Source: Azolla caroliniana | Lineage: Eukaryota; Plantae; Polypodiophyta | Reading direction: 5' to 3' | DNA: 64,000 nt | Assembly: GCA_043228905.1 (NCBI GenBank) | Contig: JBHGNT010000036.1 | Span: 62,001 to 126,000, forward strand | In this document: positions 37,001-50,238 of the stretch, piece after piece | Position numbering within the stretch: position 1 is the stretch's first letter | Layout: each line of letters begins with the position of its first letter | Program-made: the position numbers and the translations under genes | Notes under the pieces: generated by a model | Told to the model about the DNA's origin: nothing | Seen by the model: the letters and a program-made list of their open reading frames with translations, nothing else | Database searches by the model: none

Positions 37001-39432
37001 CCGACCGGCAAGGGACCGGTTAGCACTCGAGGATCCGGCCGAAGATGGTGAAGAAACAGAACCGGCCGAGGAAGATGAAACTGATACCGGAACCGGCCCC
37101 GATCCCGAAATGGATTCGGATGAAGAGGAAATGGAGGAGCCGGTTACCGAAGCTCCGGAACGGAGATATCCTCTAAGAGAGAGAAGGGACCCCGGAGATT
37201 TCCGGAACCAGAGCACGTGCTGCTAACCGACGAGGGGGAGCCGGAGAGTTTTGAAGAAGCAAAGCTTGACACACATAGCCGCAGGTGGTTAAGTGCCATG
37301 CAGGAGGAGATGGATTCCCTGCATGAGAACCACACATATGAACTTGTGGAGTTGCCGAAAGGAAAGCGGGCACTTCGAAACAAGTGGGTGTTCAAGCTGA
37401 AACCGGGAGATGCCGGAAACCCCCCGAGATACAAAGCCAGGATCGTGGTGAAGGGGTTCCAGCAAAAGAAGGGCGTCGACTTCGACGAGATATTTGCCCC
37501 GGTAGTGAAGATGACCTCCATCCGGACGGTGCTGAGCATAGCGGCAAGCATGGACCTCGAGGTAGAACAGATGGACGTGAAGACGGCATTCCTTCACGGT
37601 GACCTCGAAGAAGAGATCTACATGCAGCAACCAGAAGGATTCGAGAAGAAAGGGAAGGAGCACCTGGTGTGCCGGTTGAAGAAGAGCCTTTACGGACTGA
37701 AGCAGGCTCCCCGGCAATGGTACCGGAAGTTCGACTCTTTCATGACCGACGAAGGGTACCACAAAACGCAGTCCGATCACTGCGTGTTTGTGAAGAAGTT
37801 CGAAGGAGGAGACTTTCTAATACTCCTCCTGTACGTGGACGACATGTTGATCGTCGGACGGGACCAGGTCAAGATACGGATGCTGAAGAAAGCGCTTCAC
37901 CGAACCTTCTCAATGAAGGACCTGGGTCCGGCGAGGCAAATACTAGGGATGCACATCATCCGGGACCGGAAGAAGAAGCAGTTGTGGCTGTCACAGGAGA
38001 AGTACGTGACAAAGGTGCTTCACCGGTTCAACATGTCGGAAGCAAGACCGGTCGGGTCGACCCTCCCGGCAAACTGCAAGTTATCCGGCAAGCAAAGTCC
38101 CAAGACAAAAGTTGAAAAGGAGGATATGATGAAGATACCATATGCCTCTGCCGTCGGGAGCTTGATGTACGCAATGGTGTGTACTCGACCGGACATCGGA
38201 TACGCAGTCGGAGTGGTGAGCCGGTATATGAGTAATCCCGGCAAGGAGCACTGGAACGCGGTCAAATGGATACTCCGATACTTAAAGGGCACTTCGAACA
38301 TGTGCCTCCGATTCGGCTCCGGTAAGCCCGAACTCGATGGATTTACCGATTCGGACATGTCGGCTGATGCGGATACCAGCCGGTCTACATCAGGGTATGT
38401 AATGACATATGCAGGGGGAGCCGTTTCGTGGCAGTCGAGATTGCAGAAGACGGTTGCGTTGTCAACCACGGAGGCGGAGTACATGGCGGCTGTTGAAGCT
38501 GGCAAGGAAATAATATGGATGAAGGACTTCATTAGAGAGCTCGGTATCCGGCAGGAGGAGTACCGACTCTACTGCGACAGTCAGAGTGCCATCCACCTTG
38601 CAAAGAATGCGGCCTATCACTCCCGGACGAAGCACATCCAGCGAAGATATCACTGGATCCGGGAAAGGATAGAAGACCAGGAGTTCGTACTGACGAAGAT
38701 CCACACGGACGAGAACGGGTCGGATATGCTGACCAAGGTGCTCACACCCGACAAGCTTGAAGCATGCCGGAAGAGGATCGGATTGGAGAGACATCCCATG
38801 CCGAAGTGAAGGGGGAGTTTGTTGGGATTTCGGTCCCTCCGGATGGGATGTCCGGAGATGAATGACGGCAAGCCCGGTTGCGGTTACGGAACCGGATGAT
38901 GAAGAGTACCCGGCATGAAGCCGGATGAAGAGACCCCGGCTACGGAGCCGGATGCCGAATGTACCCGGCGAGAGATCCGGATGCGGGGACATATTTGTGA
39001 ATATGTTTGCCAAGGGCCCTTGAGGCTATATTTGTAAATAGCCCGAAAGTCATATGTGTATAAATATGACTTAGGGCAAACAGTTTGTTGTTGTTGCTCA
39101 TTTTTCTGTTTTCACTTAGAGGGAGCGAAGTGAGAGCAGCCGAGAGAGAGAGTAAGAGAGAGAGAGACGAAGAGGTCGTTGCCTCTGTGTATTACCGCCG
39201 CCTGTGGCGAAGACAGTGAGCTCAAGGTTGTTGCCTTGTAGCTTCACCATTGTACATCTCTGTTTATAGTGATAGTTGGAGTTTGAGGACTCCCGTGGTT
39301 TTTTCCCATTTAGGGTTTTCCACGTAAAACATCCTGTGTACTCTTCTCTCTATTGTCCTCGTGCACTTTGTATTTCCTGTTTTCTGTGAGTTGATCCTAT
39401 TCCTCGGTTGTGACCGAGCACTGTGTGCAACA
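34037..39432 (+). mobile_element. Young full-length Ty1/copia (Tnt1/Tork-like)
   Basis: LTRs 34037-34705 and 38820-39432, perfect TSD cgcat, PBS tggtatcagagc (34709-34720), PPT gaagggggag. LTRs differ by about four substitutions (by eye) plus 56 bp of tandem repeat. Confidence 0.97.
34737..38809 (+). pseudogene. Copia gag-pol polyprotein with one premature stop (34800) and one frameshift (~37190)
   Basis: ORFs 34812-37226 and 37217-38809 contain CFYCGKPGHFQKNC, WVVDSGAS, LWHKRLCH, ELNGLAERMN, YVDDML and SDMLTK. Confidence 0.92.
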
Positions 39433-42400
39433 CGCATCAACTCGTTTTATGCGGAGTTGCGGAATCCGTGCTCCAGCTTGCGTTGTGCATAGTTACGAAG
39501 TCTGTGCTTCGGCTTGCGTCTTTCTTCACGGCTTTGCGCGGTAGATCGAATCTTCGCTACTTATTGCGTAGTGCGCGGTTGTGGAATCTACGCGTTATTG
39601 CGTAGTGTCTTCAATACTCCCCCTCAAGCTTGGCAGGTCAGGGATCGTCAATCCGAGATCAGTCATGAATTGCCATAGTTTGTCGGCTCCTAAGGCTTTA
39701 GTGAAGATGTCGGTCGTTTGAAGATTGGTGCTAATGTGTTGTAGGTCGACATCGCCAGCCAAAACACGCTCTCAGATGAAGTGATAGTGCACTTCGATGT
39801 GCTTTGTCCACGCATGGAACACCGGGTTCCGAGCTAGATAGATACTGCTCATGTTGTCGTTGTAAAGGGAAGTCGAATCCTTGATGGGTACGCCCAGATC
39901 CTTCAAAATCCTCTTGAGCCAAACGGCTTCACACGCAGCTACGGCTGCACCCCTGTATTCCGCCTCCGTACTCAAAAGAGCGACGGTAGGCTGCTTCGTG
40001 CTACTCTAGGATATTGCTCCGCTGCCAAGGGAGAAAACAAATCCGAAGGTTGATCTTCTATCCGCTTTGTAGCCGGCCCAATCGGCGTCTGTGTACCCCT
40101 AGAGTCGTATTGGCATCGCGGTCTTGTAGAGGATGCCGCAATCCATTGTGCCGCTCACGTATCGTAGAACTTGCTTAGCGCAATCCAAGTGAGTATCACG
40201 CAGTGTTTGCATGAATTGGCTAAGGAGACCGACCAGATAACTGAGATCAAGTCGAGTGATCGTGAGGTAGATGAGACTCCCGATGAGTTGCCGATACTTA
40301 GTCAGCTCACACGCTTTGGTGCCGGAGTTCGCATCTAGTTTGAGATTACGATCGAGCGGGGTTGCCACGGATTTGCACTCAGCCATCCCGAACTTGTATA
40401 ACAAGTTGAGGATGTAGTGTCGTTGAGAGATCATGATTCCGGCCGGAGTCCGAATTACCTCGATGCCGAGGAAGTAGTGGAGCTCCTTCATGTCTGTCAT
40501 CTCAAACTTGTCGGAAAGGAGGGATTTGACCTTAGTGATTTCGACAAGATGCTCACCTCCACTGACTAGGTCATCCACATATAAGATGATGACGATCGGA
40601 CTTGCAGAATCGCTTCGTATGTAGAGGGAGTTGTCCGATTTTGACATACGAAAGCCAATTTGATGAAGATATTGCGTTATCTTCGAATGCCAAGCACGCG
40701 GTGCTTGCTTGAGGCCGTAGAGTAGCTTCTTGAGTCGGCATACAGCTTTCGGATGGGTGCTCAAGTTGAAGCCGGGTGGTTGTATCATTTACACCTCCTC
40801 TTCTAATTCGCCTTGTAGAAAGGCGTTCTTGACGTCCATTTGATGGAGGTGCCACCCTTTCGCCACGGCAAGCGCAATTACGGTCCACACCGTCGTCATC
40901 TTTGCCACTAGGGCAAAGGTCTCTTCGTAGTCGACGCCATGCGTTTGCGCATAGCCTTTCGCTACGAGTCGCACTTTGTAGCGGTTGAAGGAACCGTCAG
41001 CGTTGTACTTCACCTTGTAGATCCATCTGCATCCGATTGCCTTTTTGTGTGGTGAGGTGGGAACGAGATCCCATGTCTCGTTCTTCCGTAGTGCCTGCAT
41101 CTCCTCGTTCATTGCTTCGATCCATCGCGGATCCTTTGCGGCTTCCGAAAAGGTTTCCGGCTCCCGTACTGTCGCTACCTTCATCATAAAGGCATAATGA
41201 TACGTCATATAATCATTGTAGCCGAACCGGCTTACGGGGTTCTTCTCACGAGTGGATCGGCAGAGCTTTTCATTTGCAAAGATGAGGGCTTTCTTAGCTC
41301 CGATTGGTACATCGAAGCCGCCGAACTCACTGTCGAGTGAGTAAGTCAATTCGTCGTTGTCAAAGCAATCGTCTTCATATTTTGCCATTTTTGCCTTGCC
41401 TTTGTCCATCTTCGGGCTAGGCCGTGATGTGCTTTGATCGCTCAACAGCTCTTGTGGTCCGCTCAGTCGGGTCGTGATCGGACTTTCTTCAATTATGCGC
41501 ATAGGGTGATCTTCATCCTCGATCTCTTGGTCAGCAGATTCTGGGTCGAGCGGAGTTGGAGTCGGAGTTGTCTCTGTTGCGTACCAGGATGCGGACTCGT
41601 CAAAAACGATGTCTCGACTTACTCGAGATTTTCGAGTTGAAGGGTTGTAGGACTTGTACCCATTTTGCTCCAATGAGTATCCTACGAGGATACATTTCTC
41701 TAACTTCGGGTCAAGCTTTTGACGCTTCTTGTTGGGGATGTGCACGTAGGCTATCGCTCCGAATATGCAGATGTGCGATAAGTCCGGCTTCTTTCCGAAG
41801 TATTTTTCGTGCGGAGTGCCCTCGTGCATGCCGGATGGTTTGCACCGGTTCATTAGGTAGACAACCGTATTTGCAGGTTCGGCCCAATATGACTTGGGCA
41901 TATGCTTCTCGTTCATCATGGCCCACGCTACTTCAAGGATGTGCCGATTTTTGCGCTCGGCTACTCCGTTTTGTGGCAGTGTGTCGGCAAGTGAATTCTC
42001 GCCGAATTCCTTCCTTTCAGAGATACGCCGTGAAATCGTCCGAGAAGTACTCCTTGCCGCCATCCAATCGAAGGCATCGTACATGTCGGCCCATGGCTTT
42101 CTCGACTTCATTCTTGAAATTTTGGAATTGTCCAAACACTTTGCTCTTTTGGCGCATCGGGTAGATCCAAGTGTGCCTAGAGAAGTCGTCGATGAAGAGC
42201 ACGTAATATCGGCATCCGCCGAATGTAACCATTTGTGCCGGTCCCCATACGTCGGAATGGACTACGTCGAGTAGACCTTTGCTCACGTTCCGCTCTTTCG
42301 GGAATGGGTGTCGGTGTTGCTTGCCGAATTGGCACGCTTCGCATACACCTTCAATCTCCTTCTCTTTGAATGTCGGGAGTCCGATGACGACTCCTTTCGA

Positions 42401-44469
42401 TTTCATTGCCTTGAGTTTGTTGAGATTGATGTGGCCGATTCGCTTGTGCCATAGCTCTATGTCGGAGTCGGCTTTTGTGTTTTTCGCGAACATGGCGGAT
42501 TTCATCTCGGGTGAATTGAGAATGAACATCCGGCCCTCTCTTCGTCCGCGTGCAATGAGTCGGCCCTCTTTTTCGATGAAGCAACCGCCTTGATTAAATC
42601 GAACTTGCATCCCTTGCTCTACAATTTGGCCGACGGAGACCAAATTCTTCGTAATGGTCGATACATGCAAGACATTTTTAATGTAATTTTGCTTACCTTC
42701 TTTTTCGAACGGAACATTGCCAATGTGCCGAATCGGGTGCGTAGTGTCGTCTCTGGTTTCGACATAGCCGGGTCGGTCCGGCTCTCGAAGTTCTCGGAAC
42801 CATTCTTGATGCGATGTCATATGGTTCGAGGCACCGGAATCGACGAACCATATGTCTTCCGGACCAGAGGCACTAGTTGAGGTAGCGGCCGACATAGAGT
42901 TTGCTCTATGTTTCATCATGAACATTCCGCCACGGTCGGAGTTGTGCGCATACATTCCGCCATGATCTTCGTAGTCGAAGTTGTGCCCGTACATTTCGCC
43001 ACGATCGAAGTTGTGTGCATACATTCCGTCACGATCTTCGTAGTCGGAGTTGTGTGCGTAATTCATGAGTTGTCGGCTTGTGGAAGCCGATTCACACATC
43101 TTCTTTCGGCACTCTTCTTCGTGGTGGCCGAGCTTTCCGCAATATCCGCATTCGGTTGTGTTTTGACGGCTCGGGCCGGAGTGGAAGCTCCCCCTTCTTG
43201 CGAAGGTTCCTCGTTGGCCTCCGTTTTGCGGCCGAAATTGGGAGTTGTTGTCGTAGGTCGGACCTCGTCCGCCTTGTCCTTGGCTGAATCGGCCTCTCGC
43301 TCGTCCGTGTCCTCTTCCTCCATTAGAGTGCGTGTAGAGCATGTGGCCTTCCGACTCATTGCTCCTTGTACGCACGTGGTTTTCTTCGACCAATAGCATT
43401 GATTGGAGCTCGAAGAAGGAGGGAGATTTCTCCCGTGCTAGAACGGCGGTTCGTATCGCGCCGAACCGTGGTGTGAGGCCGTCGAGGCATATTTGCACCA
43501 TCTCATCATCATCTATACTTACGCTTATTGAGCCGAGCGAGTCGCAAAGCTCCTTGATCTTCAAGGTGTATGTCATGATGGACATGTCCCTTTGTTGAAT
43601 GTTGTTCAACTCTTGGCGGAGTTGAAGCTTCCTCGCGGTCATGTTGGCGGCGAAAATCTTTCGTAGATTTTCCCACGCTTCCTTCGGCGTCTTGGCTTCT
43701 CGAATGTAACCGAGCATGTGGTCGTGAACACATGTCGCCAAACAATACATCACGTGACTTGCGGCTTGCTCCCATGTCGCGTATCCGGGAGTCGCTTCGG
43801 CGGGTCGGTCTTCATGCTCTCCTTTGATGTAGCTCCAATAGCCTTGTCTGACAAGGTATTGGTGCATCTTGTACTCCCAAGATGCGAAGTTGTTTCGATC
43901 CAACTTATCGGTAGGGAGAGTGCTCCCCATTTGAGTATTCATTATGTCGATTCTTCTTCTTCTTCTTCTCTCTTTGAATGCGAGCTATGTAGCGAAGCTA
44001 CGATAGCTATGAGCCGGTTCTTGGTCGTCGGTGTAGAGCACAACACACGATCACGATGAGGTGAATGGGCTAGATCGAGCTACCGAATCGCTCTGATACC
44101 ATGTAAAGAATCAAGAGATGGATTCTTGTGAAGCGGAAGAGATGTGAGTTATGTGTGTGTGTAAGAGAGAGAGAGAGAGAGAGTGAAACATAGAGAATAC
44201 GCAAGGTAAAAGTATATTGACAAAGGAGAAAGACTCAACATTTTACAAGGTGGGAGGAGGGTGCTTTATGTAGTCACCCTCTCTCTTCATTAACTACAAG
44301 ACTCATGGAGCATGGGGAATGTGAAAGCTCATAAGTTATGTATCATAGAATATGATTCTATGACTCATACTAAATGCTAGAATACAAAGTGGTGACATAA
44401 TGGTGACTCTTGACCGTTGGAGTGTCTCTTCACTCTCAAGGTGAGTTCACACACTAGACCAAGTTGAGC

Positions 44470-44805
44470 ACGAAATTAGAGTGCGTAAGTGCACAGAGAG
44501 AGAGAGAGAGAGAGAACGAGGTGGTTGCCTCTGTTGTAACCGCCGCCTGTGGCGAAGATCGTGAGCACGAGGTCGTTGCCTCCGTGGACTCACTGTTTTG
44601 TACATTCTTACATAGTGACAGTTTGCAGCCTGTGGACTGCCGTGGTTTTTCCCCTAGTTTGGGGTTTTCCACGTAAACCTCCTGTGTAGTGTGTGTGTAT
44701 CTTCCTCTCCTTTGTGTCGTGTTTTATTTCCCGGTTTCTGTGTATCATTCTACGCTTGGTTGTGGCCGAGCGTCGCGCATAGGGAACGTTGGAGTTCCCG
44801 TCACA
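44470..44805 (+). mobile_element. 3' part of an LTR related to the 34037 element
   Basis: Shares ccgccgcctgtggcgaaga and gtggttttt...gggttttccacgtaaa with the 34037 LTR; ends in CA. Confidence 0.75.
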
Positions 44806-47800
44806 ACTTGCCATATGAAACCTTTCCAATATTTGTGAAATGTATCCTTGTTGGGAGAAGTGAATAGCTCTTTTATCTTGATTGTATAAAATGTCAATCC
44901 CTAAGCAAAAGGAGATAGCACCCATATCTTCCATGTCAAATTCTGCATTCAAGATGTCTTTCAAATATTGGGTGCTTGAAAATGTATTGGCCATGATGAT
45001 TATATCATCAACATATACTGCAACAATAATATGTTTTTCATTGTTACAAAGAACATAGATGCTTTGATCCGATTTGCATCAGGTAAAATTATTTTGTAGA
45101 AAGAAATTATGGAGGCGGATATACCAACATCTTCCAGCTTGCCTTAAGCCGTAAAGTGACTTCTTAAGTCGACATGTTTGCGTTGGTTCCTCCTTGTTCA
45201 TCTTTGGTAATGTCATATATATTTCTTCATTTAATTCTCTGTTAAGAAAAGTTGTTTTTACATCCATTTGATGGATTTCCCAACCTTGTGCACATGCCTT
45301 TATTAATTCGACCCGAATGGAAGTGATGAGGGCAGTTGGCGCATAAGTTTCAGTGAAATCAATGCCAACGATTTGTTTGAAGCCTTGAGCTACTAATCTA
45401 GCCTTGTATTTGATAGGAGTCCCATTTGATCCTCTCTTGATTTTGAACACCCATTTGGAACCTATGGTTTGTTGCCTTTCACTTCCTTTTATAAGTTCCC
45501 ATGTACCATTCTTTTGATGCGCTTCAAGCTCCAAATGTATTGCCTCTTCCCACTTTGCTTTATCTGGTGAAAGTAAAGCTTCTTTTAAATTGGATGGTTC
45601 GAACATTTCAGATTCTACACTTACATTGCACTCGAATGAGGGATCTCTAAGGATAGAAGATGGTCTTCGAATTCTTTGACCTTGCCTCAAACAAGATGAT
45701 GCAATTTCCATTTCATTTGGTGATATTTCTTCTCTTATTGTGGTTTCGTCACATGGTTCTTCACCACAAAATGTGTCTTCATTTTCCTGCAAAATGCTAT
45801 CAATGATCATGTGTGAACTTTTAACACTAGATTTGTTACCTTCTTCTTGCATTTTGCAAGGGAAATGATCTTCATCGAACAACACGTTGCGAGTGACAAA
45901 CACTCATTTTTGCTCTTCATTCCAAACTCTATACTCATAGCCTGGATCCTCATATCCGATCATAATTCCTTGCTTGGTAGTTGGATCCAACTTATGACGA
46001 AGTGGACGAGGTACATGGAAGTATGCCTTGCAACCAAAAGGATGAAGATGAGTTATACTAACCCTTTTTTGTTGCCAGATTTCCTCTAGGCATCCTCCCT
46101 ATATAGGCTTTGTTGGGAGTCGATTTAGTATATATGCTACACATTTGGATGTTGCTCCCCAAAATTCTAATGATAATTTGCTATCTATCAACATACATCT
46201 CACCATATCCATGATAGTCCTATTTTTTCTTTCAGCCACACCATTTAGTTGAGGAGTGTAGCTAGGGGTAAATTCTTGTGTAATACCTTGATTAGAACAA
46301 AAAGAGCCAAAAATATGTGACTTGAACTCTCCACCCTTGTCTGATCTTACTTTGATTATCGAGAGCCGAAGTTCAGACTCTATGAGTGCCTTAAATTTTC
46401 GAAAATACTCAAAAGTCTCATCTTTGCATGAAAGAGGATATGCAAAAGTTTTTCGTGTATAATCATTTGTGACAACATATAAGTATCTTGCTCCTCCTAT
46501 TGATGGCACGTGCATTGGTTCACAAAGATCCATATGGACTAATTCAAGAGGCCTACTAGCTAAAATTCCCCTTTTTGTATTAAATGGTTGTCGAGTAAAC
46601 TTGCCTAGCTAACAACTCTCACATAAGTATTGTTGACTTACTTGGAGAATTTCTTTGTTTGAGATATTAATGTCCCTTACTTTGCTAAGTTTGTCAAAAT
46701 TGACATGCCCGAATCTTTTCTTTTCTTTTCTTTTCTTTTTCCAAAAAAAAACTCCTTCCATTAGTTATAAAAATTTACAAATGAGGCGATTATGTACAAA
46801 TCCCTAAAGGGACGCGATAGTTCCATCTAATGTGGAAGCCCACAGACTCAAGAAAGGGAGAGGACGACCTTTGTTGGATGAAGGCTATGCGTTGTCTTCC
46901 AACTCCCTCGGAGCCACCTTTAAGGCCATCATATTGGCTTTTCAGAGTGGCTCAATTTCACTCCATATCTCTTGCAATAACCTTGTTGGATGGGTGGTTT
47001 GGTTGGAGAAGACTCACCTACATCGTTGTTTCCATAGAATCCAAAGGGTTATTGGGCTGACCAATTCCAACACCTCTTGAGATTTGTCATTAAGAGGAAA
47101 ATAGTGGACATTGTCGCTGGAGGAGAAAAGAACCTCTTGTGCTTTTATCACCAAAGTCATCCCCTCCTCTTGATGCTCGTATCGGCCAATTGCAGCCTGC
47201 CATGATAGCCAACATATATTTCCCCACTTGATTGAACCTTGCACCTGGCATAATTGCAACAAGCAGCCAACCCCCCGCCATGTTCTATGGGATGTTGGGC
47301 AGTCCCACAGAGCGTGTCGTATGGATTCTTTTATGCCATTGTAAGGCTTTCTTCCCATCTTTTATGCCATTGTAAGGCTTTCTTCCCAAAATCTTCAGCA
47401 ACAATATTTGTTGAATGATGATGAATGTTTACATCTAATCTATATAACCCATGCTTCTTTTTTGCTTCAAAAAGAAGCATGTTTCCTCTCCATAATTCAC
47501 ATAATCCTTTTGAAAAAACAACCTTTATACCAGTTATATCTAGTGCATCAACATACAATAGATTTTTCTTTATGAGAGGAACATGCATTACATTATGAAT
47601 GATTCCTTCTCTAATCTTCACATTTCCTATTGCAATGGCCATTATGTGTGCACCATTTTCCAAAAATATTGGGCGAGTATTATCGAAAACATGATATTCA
47701 GTGAAAAATTCTTTGTTTTTACACATATGAGCTGATGCAACAGAATCTACATCCCAAGTTAGTAGATTTGTATTTGTGATTGCTTCATCATCTTCAATGT

Positions 47801-49417
47801 CATGTAATGATGCCATGAGTGCTACACCTTCCGTGCCTTTGTTTTCCCTCCTCCTTCTGTAATTATATGCTACCTTCTTAGCACACCCACGTGCAATGTG
47901 TCCCTTTTCTTGGCAGTAATGACATACCATTTGAGATGGATCCATTGGTCGAAAAGCACTAACATTTCCTTCCCATCTCTTTTGTGAAGTTTTCTGAAAT
48001 TTATCATGCCAATCCTTAAAATAATCATGTCTCTTACCTGAATGGGTTAGGAGAGCATGTTCATTAATAGAAGACTCTTCCCTCTGTAAACTTTGTCATT
48101 GTTGCTCTTGTTCTAATATTGCCATTAGTTTGTCTAGGTCTTGAACTGCATCTGAATCATGCATTGAAACCACAAGATGCCCATATGAACTAGGCAAACT
48201 GTTAAGTAAAATGTATGTTACCTCATCTTTGGGTAGCGTATGGCCCATCACTTGAAGCTGAGATGCAATATTTCTAAGTTTTTGAGCATGTTCACGAACT
48301 TTATCACCCGGATTCATTTTTGTTGTTAAAAATTCTCGTTTGAGTTGAAGGACGTTAGCCATCGTGCTTGATTCATTCAACTTCATCAATGTATCCCATG
48401 CCTCCTTAGCCGTTTTGGTGTGCCTTATCTCCTCAGCTTGTCTATCCCCTAAGTTGAGTCCAATGAGTGCATATGCCTTCTTCTCTCTTTTGTTGTAAGC
48501 TTCTGTATCTCCTTCTTTCTTCGGTGCCACTTCCTCCCCGTTGACTATCTTCAGGAGTCCCTTATCATCGAGTAGTATCTCCATCCTCCATTTCCACAAT
48601 GGAAAATTATCACCAATGAACTTTTCAATGGTACAATCTTTGAGGTTTGCCATCTCTAACTCTAGATGTTATCAATTACTAATGAATGAGGGACTACAAG
48701 GTGATGGATTACTAATCTAGGGATGAATGTACTATTGATTACTAATATGTGAACTCGGTGATGGATAACTAATGAATAATGGCACAACAGAAGTTGCATG
48801 GGCCCATAACCTTGAAGAAACACAAGTGAACATAATAAAGTAAGTATACACACAAATAGATGTGTCTATTTTTTGTGAATGAATATGCAAAGGTGAAAGA
48901 GTATGTGGAGGAAGGAACAAAACATAAAGACGGAAACTAAATAGATTAATTAGTATGGATGAACATACATGAACGATAGATCTGATTAGCAATATGTTTT
49001 TCAAGCTACAACAGAATCCTAACTCACACAAGTCATTCAAGCTACTAGAGAGCTTGTATATATCATATAGGAACTCAATATAAAGCATACATTGATTGTA
49101 TCAAAAACTCTAACCAACAAACTGGTAGCAAATATTGCTATCTGAAATAACAACCAGAAAGAACTAAGGTATGCCTATGACCTAGAAGGGGGGATTCACT
49201 ACTGGATGATGCACAGAGAGCATTTGCAAGGCTCTGCCTTTTTCGTCTTCATAAACCGCCCTTTTACACCTTTTATGCAACTTGGACGAAAAAGGAAAGG
49301 GAGAAAGAAAAGCTAATTGAGGGCTATGATTTAGGGAGGAGAAGAGATTTTAGAATCTGCGGTGGCACACCTTTAATCTCGGGATGTAAGCATCACCCAC
49401 GGCAAAAAGGTGCTTCA
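44806..49417 (-). mobile_element. Ty1/copia (half-tRNA-primed family), 5' copy: LTR 48813-49417, gag, PR, INT, RT
   Basis: Gag ORF 48096-48653, CHYCQEKGHIARGC, TPQLNGVAERKN and HQMDVKTTFL. The PBS is ggttatgggccca. Confidence 0.9.
46714..47326 (-). mobile_element. 5'-truncated LINE 3' end (zf-RVT region) with (GAAAA)n tail
   Basis: ESIRHALWDCP..W and LWILWKQRC motifs; (tcttt)n tail at 46714-46740; interrupts the copia WHKR|FGH. Confidence 0.85.
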
Positions 49418-49460
49418 AGAAAACTACTAATGCTCTTGTATTATTGTATGATCCCAACAG

Positions 49461-49637
49461 GAAAATGACAGGAATGGAGTACATTTTTTATGAAGTACAG
49501 GAGCCAAATCTCTTCGTATTTAGAAAGCAGGAAAAAGGGAGAGTCCTGAAAAGGTGACACCTACATCTGCATACTACATTTTAGATGGGTCAATCTATCA
49601 AGCCCTGAACATACACGATGTGATCGGCTCAAGGGTG
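49461..49637 (+). pseudogene. MED6: Duplicated MED6 exon with a +2 frameshift
   Basis: Near-copy of 30925-31099 with AG/GT borders; retains [11 protein letters not shown]. Confidence 0.8.
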
Positions 49638-49935
49638 GTATGTATACTACTGCTTGCATTCTAGTTCTTTTACATCATAACCTTCACCTTAGATCTAGTC
49701 GATTAGATCTAGCTTTTATGTATTCAGTTTAATACCCATGATTTTTCCTTGTTAGTTCAACAAATCATGAGCCACTCCTTTATGTTCTACATCTTTAGCC
49801 CTTTACTTTTTATACATAAGAAGAGCTTATGTTTGCATCAAAGAGATAATATGCAAAGGATGGCTCTACATTGCCACAGTTGGGATTGTCTGGAAAGGGT
49901 GCTTCGTGCTGAAATTACCTCTACTCTAATGTCAG

Positions 49936-50238
49936 GATGAAATTTCATGAATGGCCTGCAAAAAGAGGAGGTTCTCAAAACATTGTAAACTGTTACAGAA
50001 ACATGTATTCTACTACCCAGTCCAGTGAACTGAAGGAAAAGATGTGAATAGCTTTACTTGTAGCATACCATGGGATTTACTACGAAATGGCTTATTGAAG
50101 CTGACAACAACTGTTGAATCATTTCTCGCTCTTCGCACACAGTTCCAACATAGTCTTGCTGCTCTGAGCATGTCTGGGTATATTGCTGGGGTGGATGATA
50201 GACATTTATCAAATATACTAGTGGACACAAAAAGTGGA
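49936..50238 (+). pseudogene. DNA-PKcs-like (PIKK) kinase-domain exon fragment
   Basis: FHEW.AKRGG...YRNMY, then after a frameshift IPWDLLRNGLLKLTTTVESFLALRTQFQHSLAALSMSGYIAGVDDRHLSNILVDTKSG. DRH..N is the PIKK catalytic loop, and 'DLL...E.FLALR..F' is DNA-PKcs-like. Preceded by an AG acceptor. Confidence 0.75.

Larger units (their letters stand above)
33583..44469 (-). mobile_element. Ty1/copia element, near full length and young
   Basis: Near-identical LTRs 33583-33959 and 44102-44469 (the latter end-truncated); PBS 44090-44101. Gag-PR-INT ORF 42017-43942 (CGYCGKLGHHEEEC, WFVDSGAS, LWHKRIGH); INT/RT/RH to ~39620. Confidence 0.94.
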
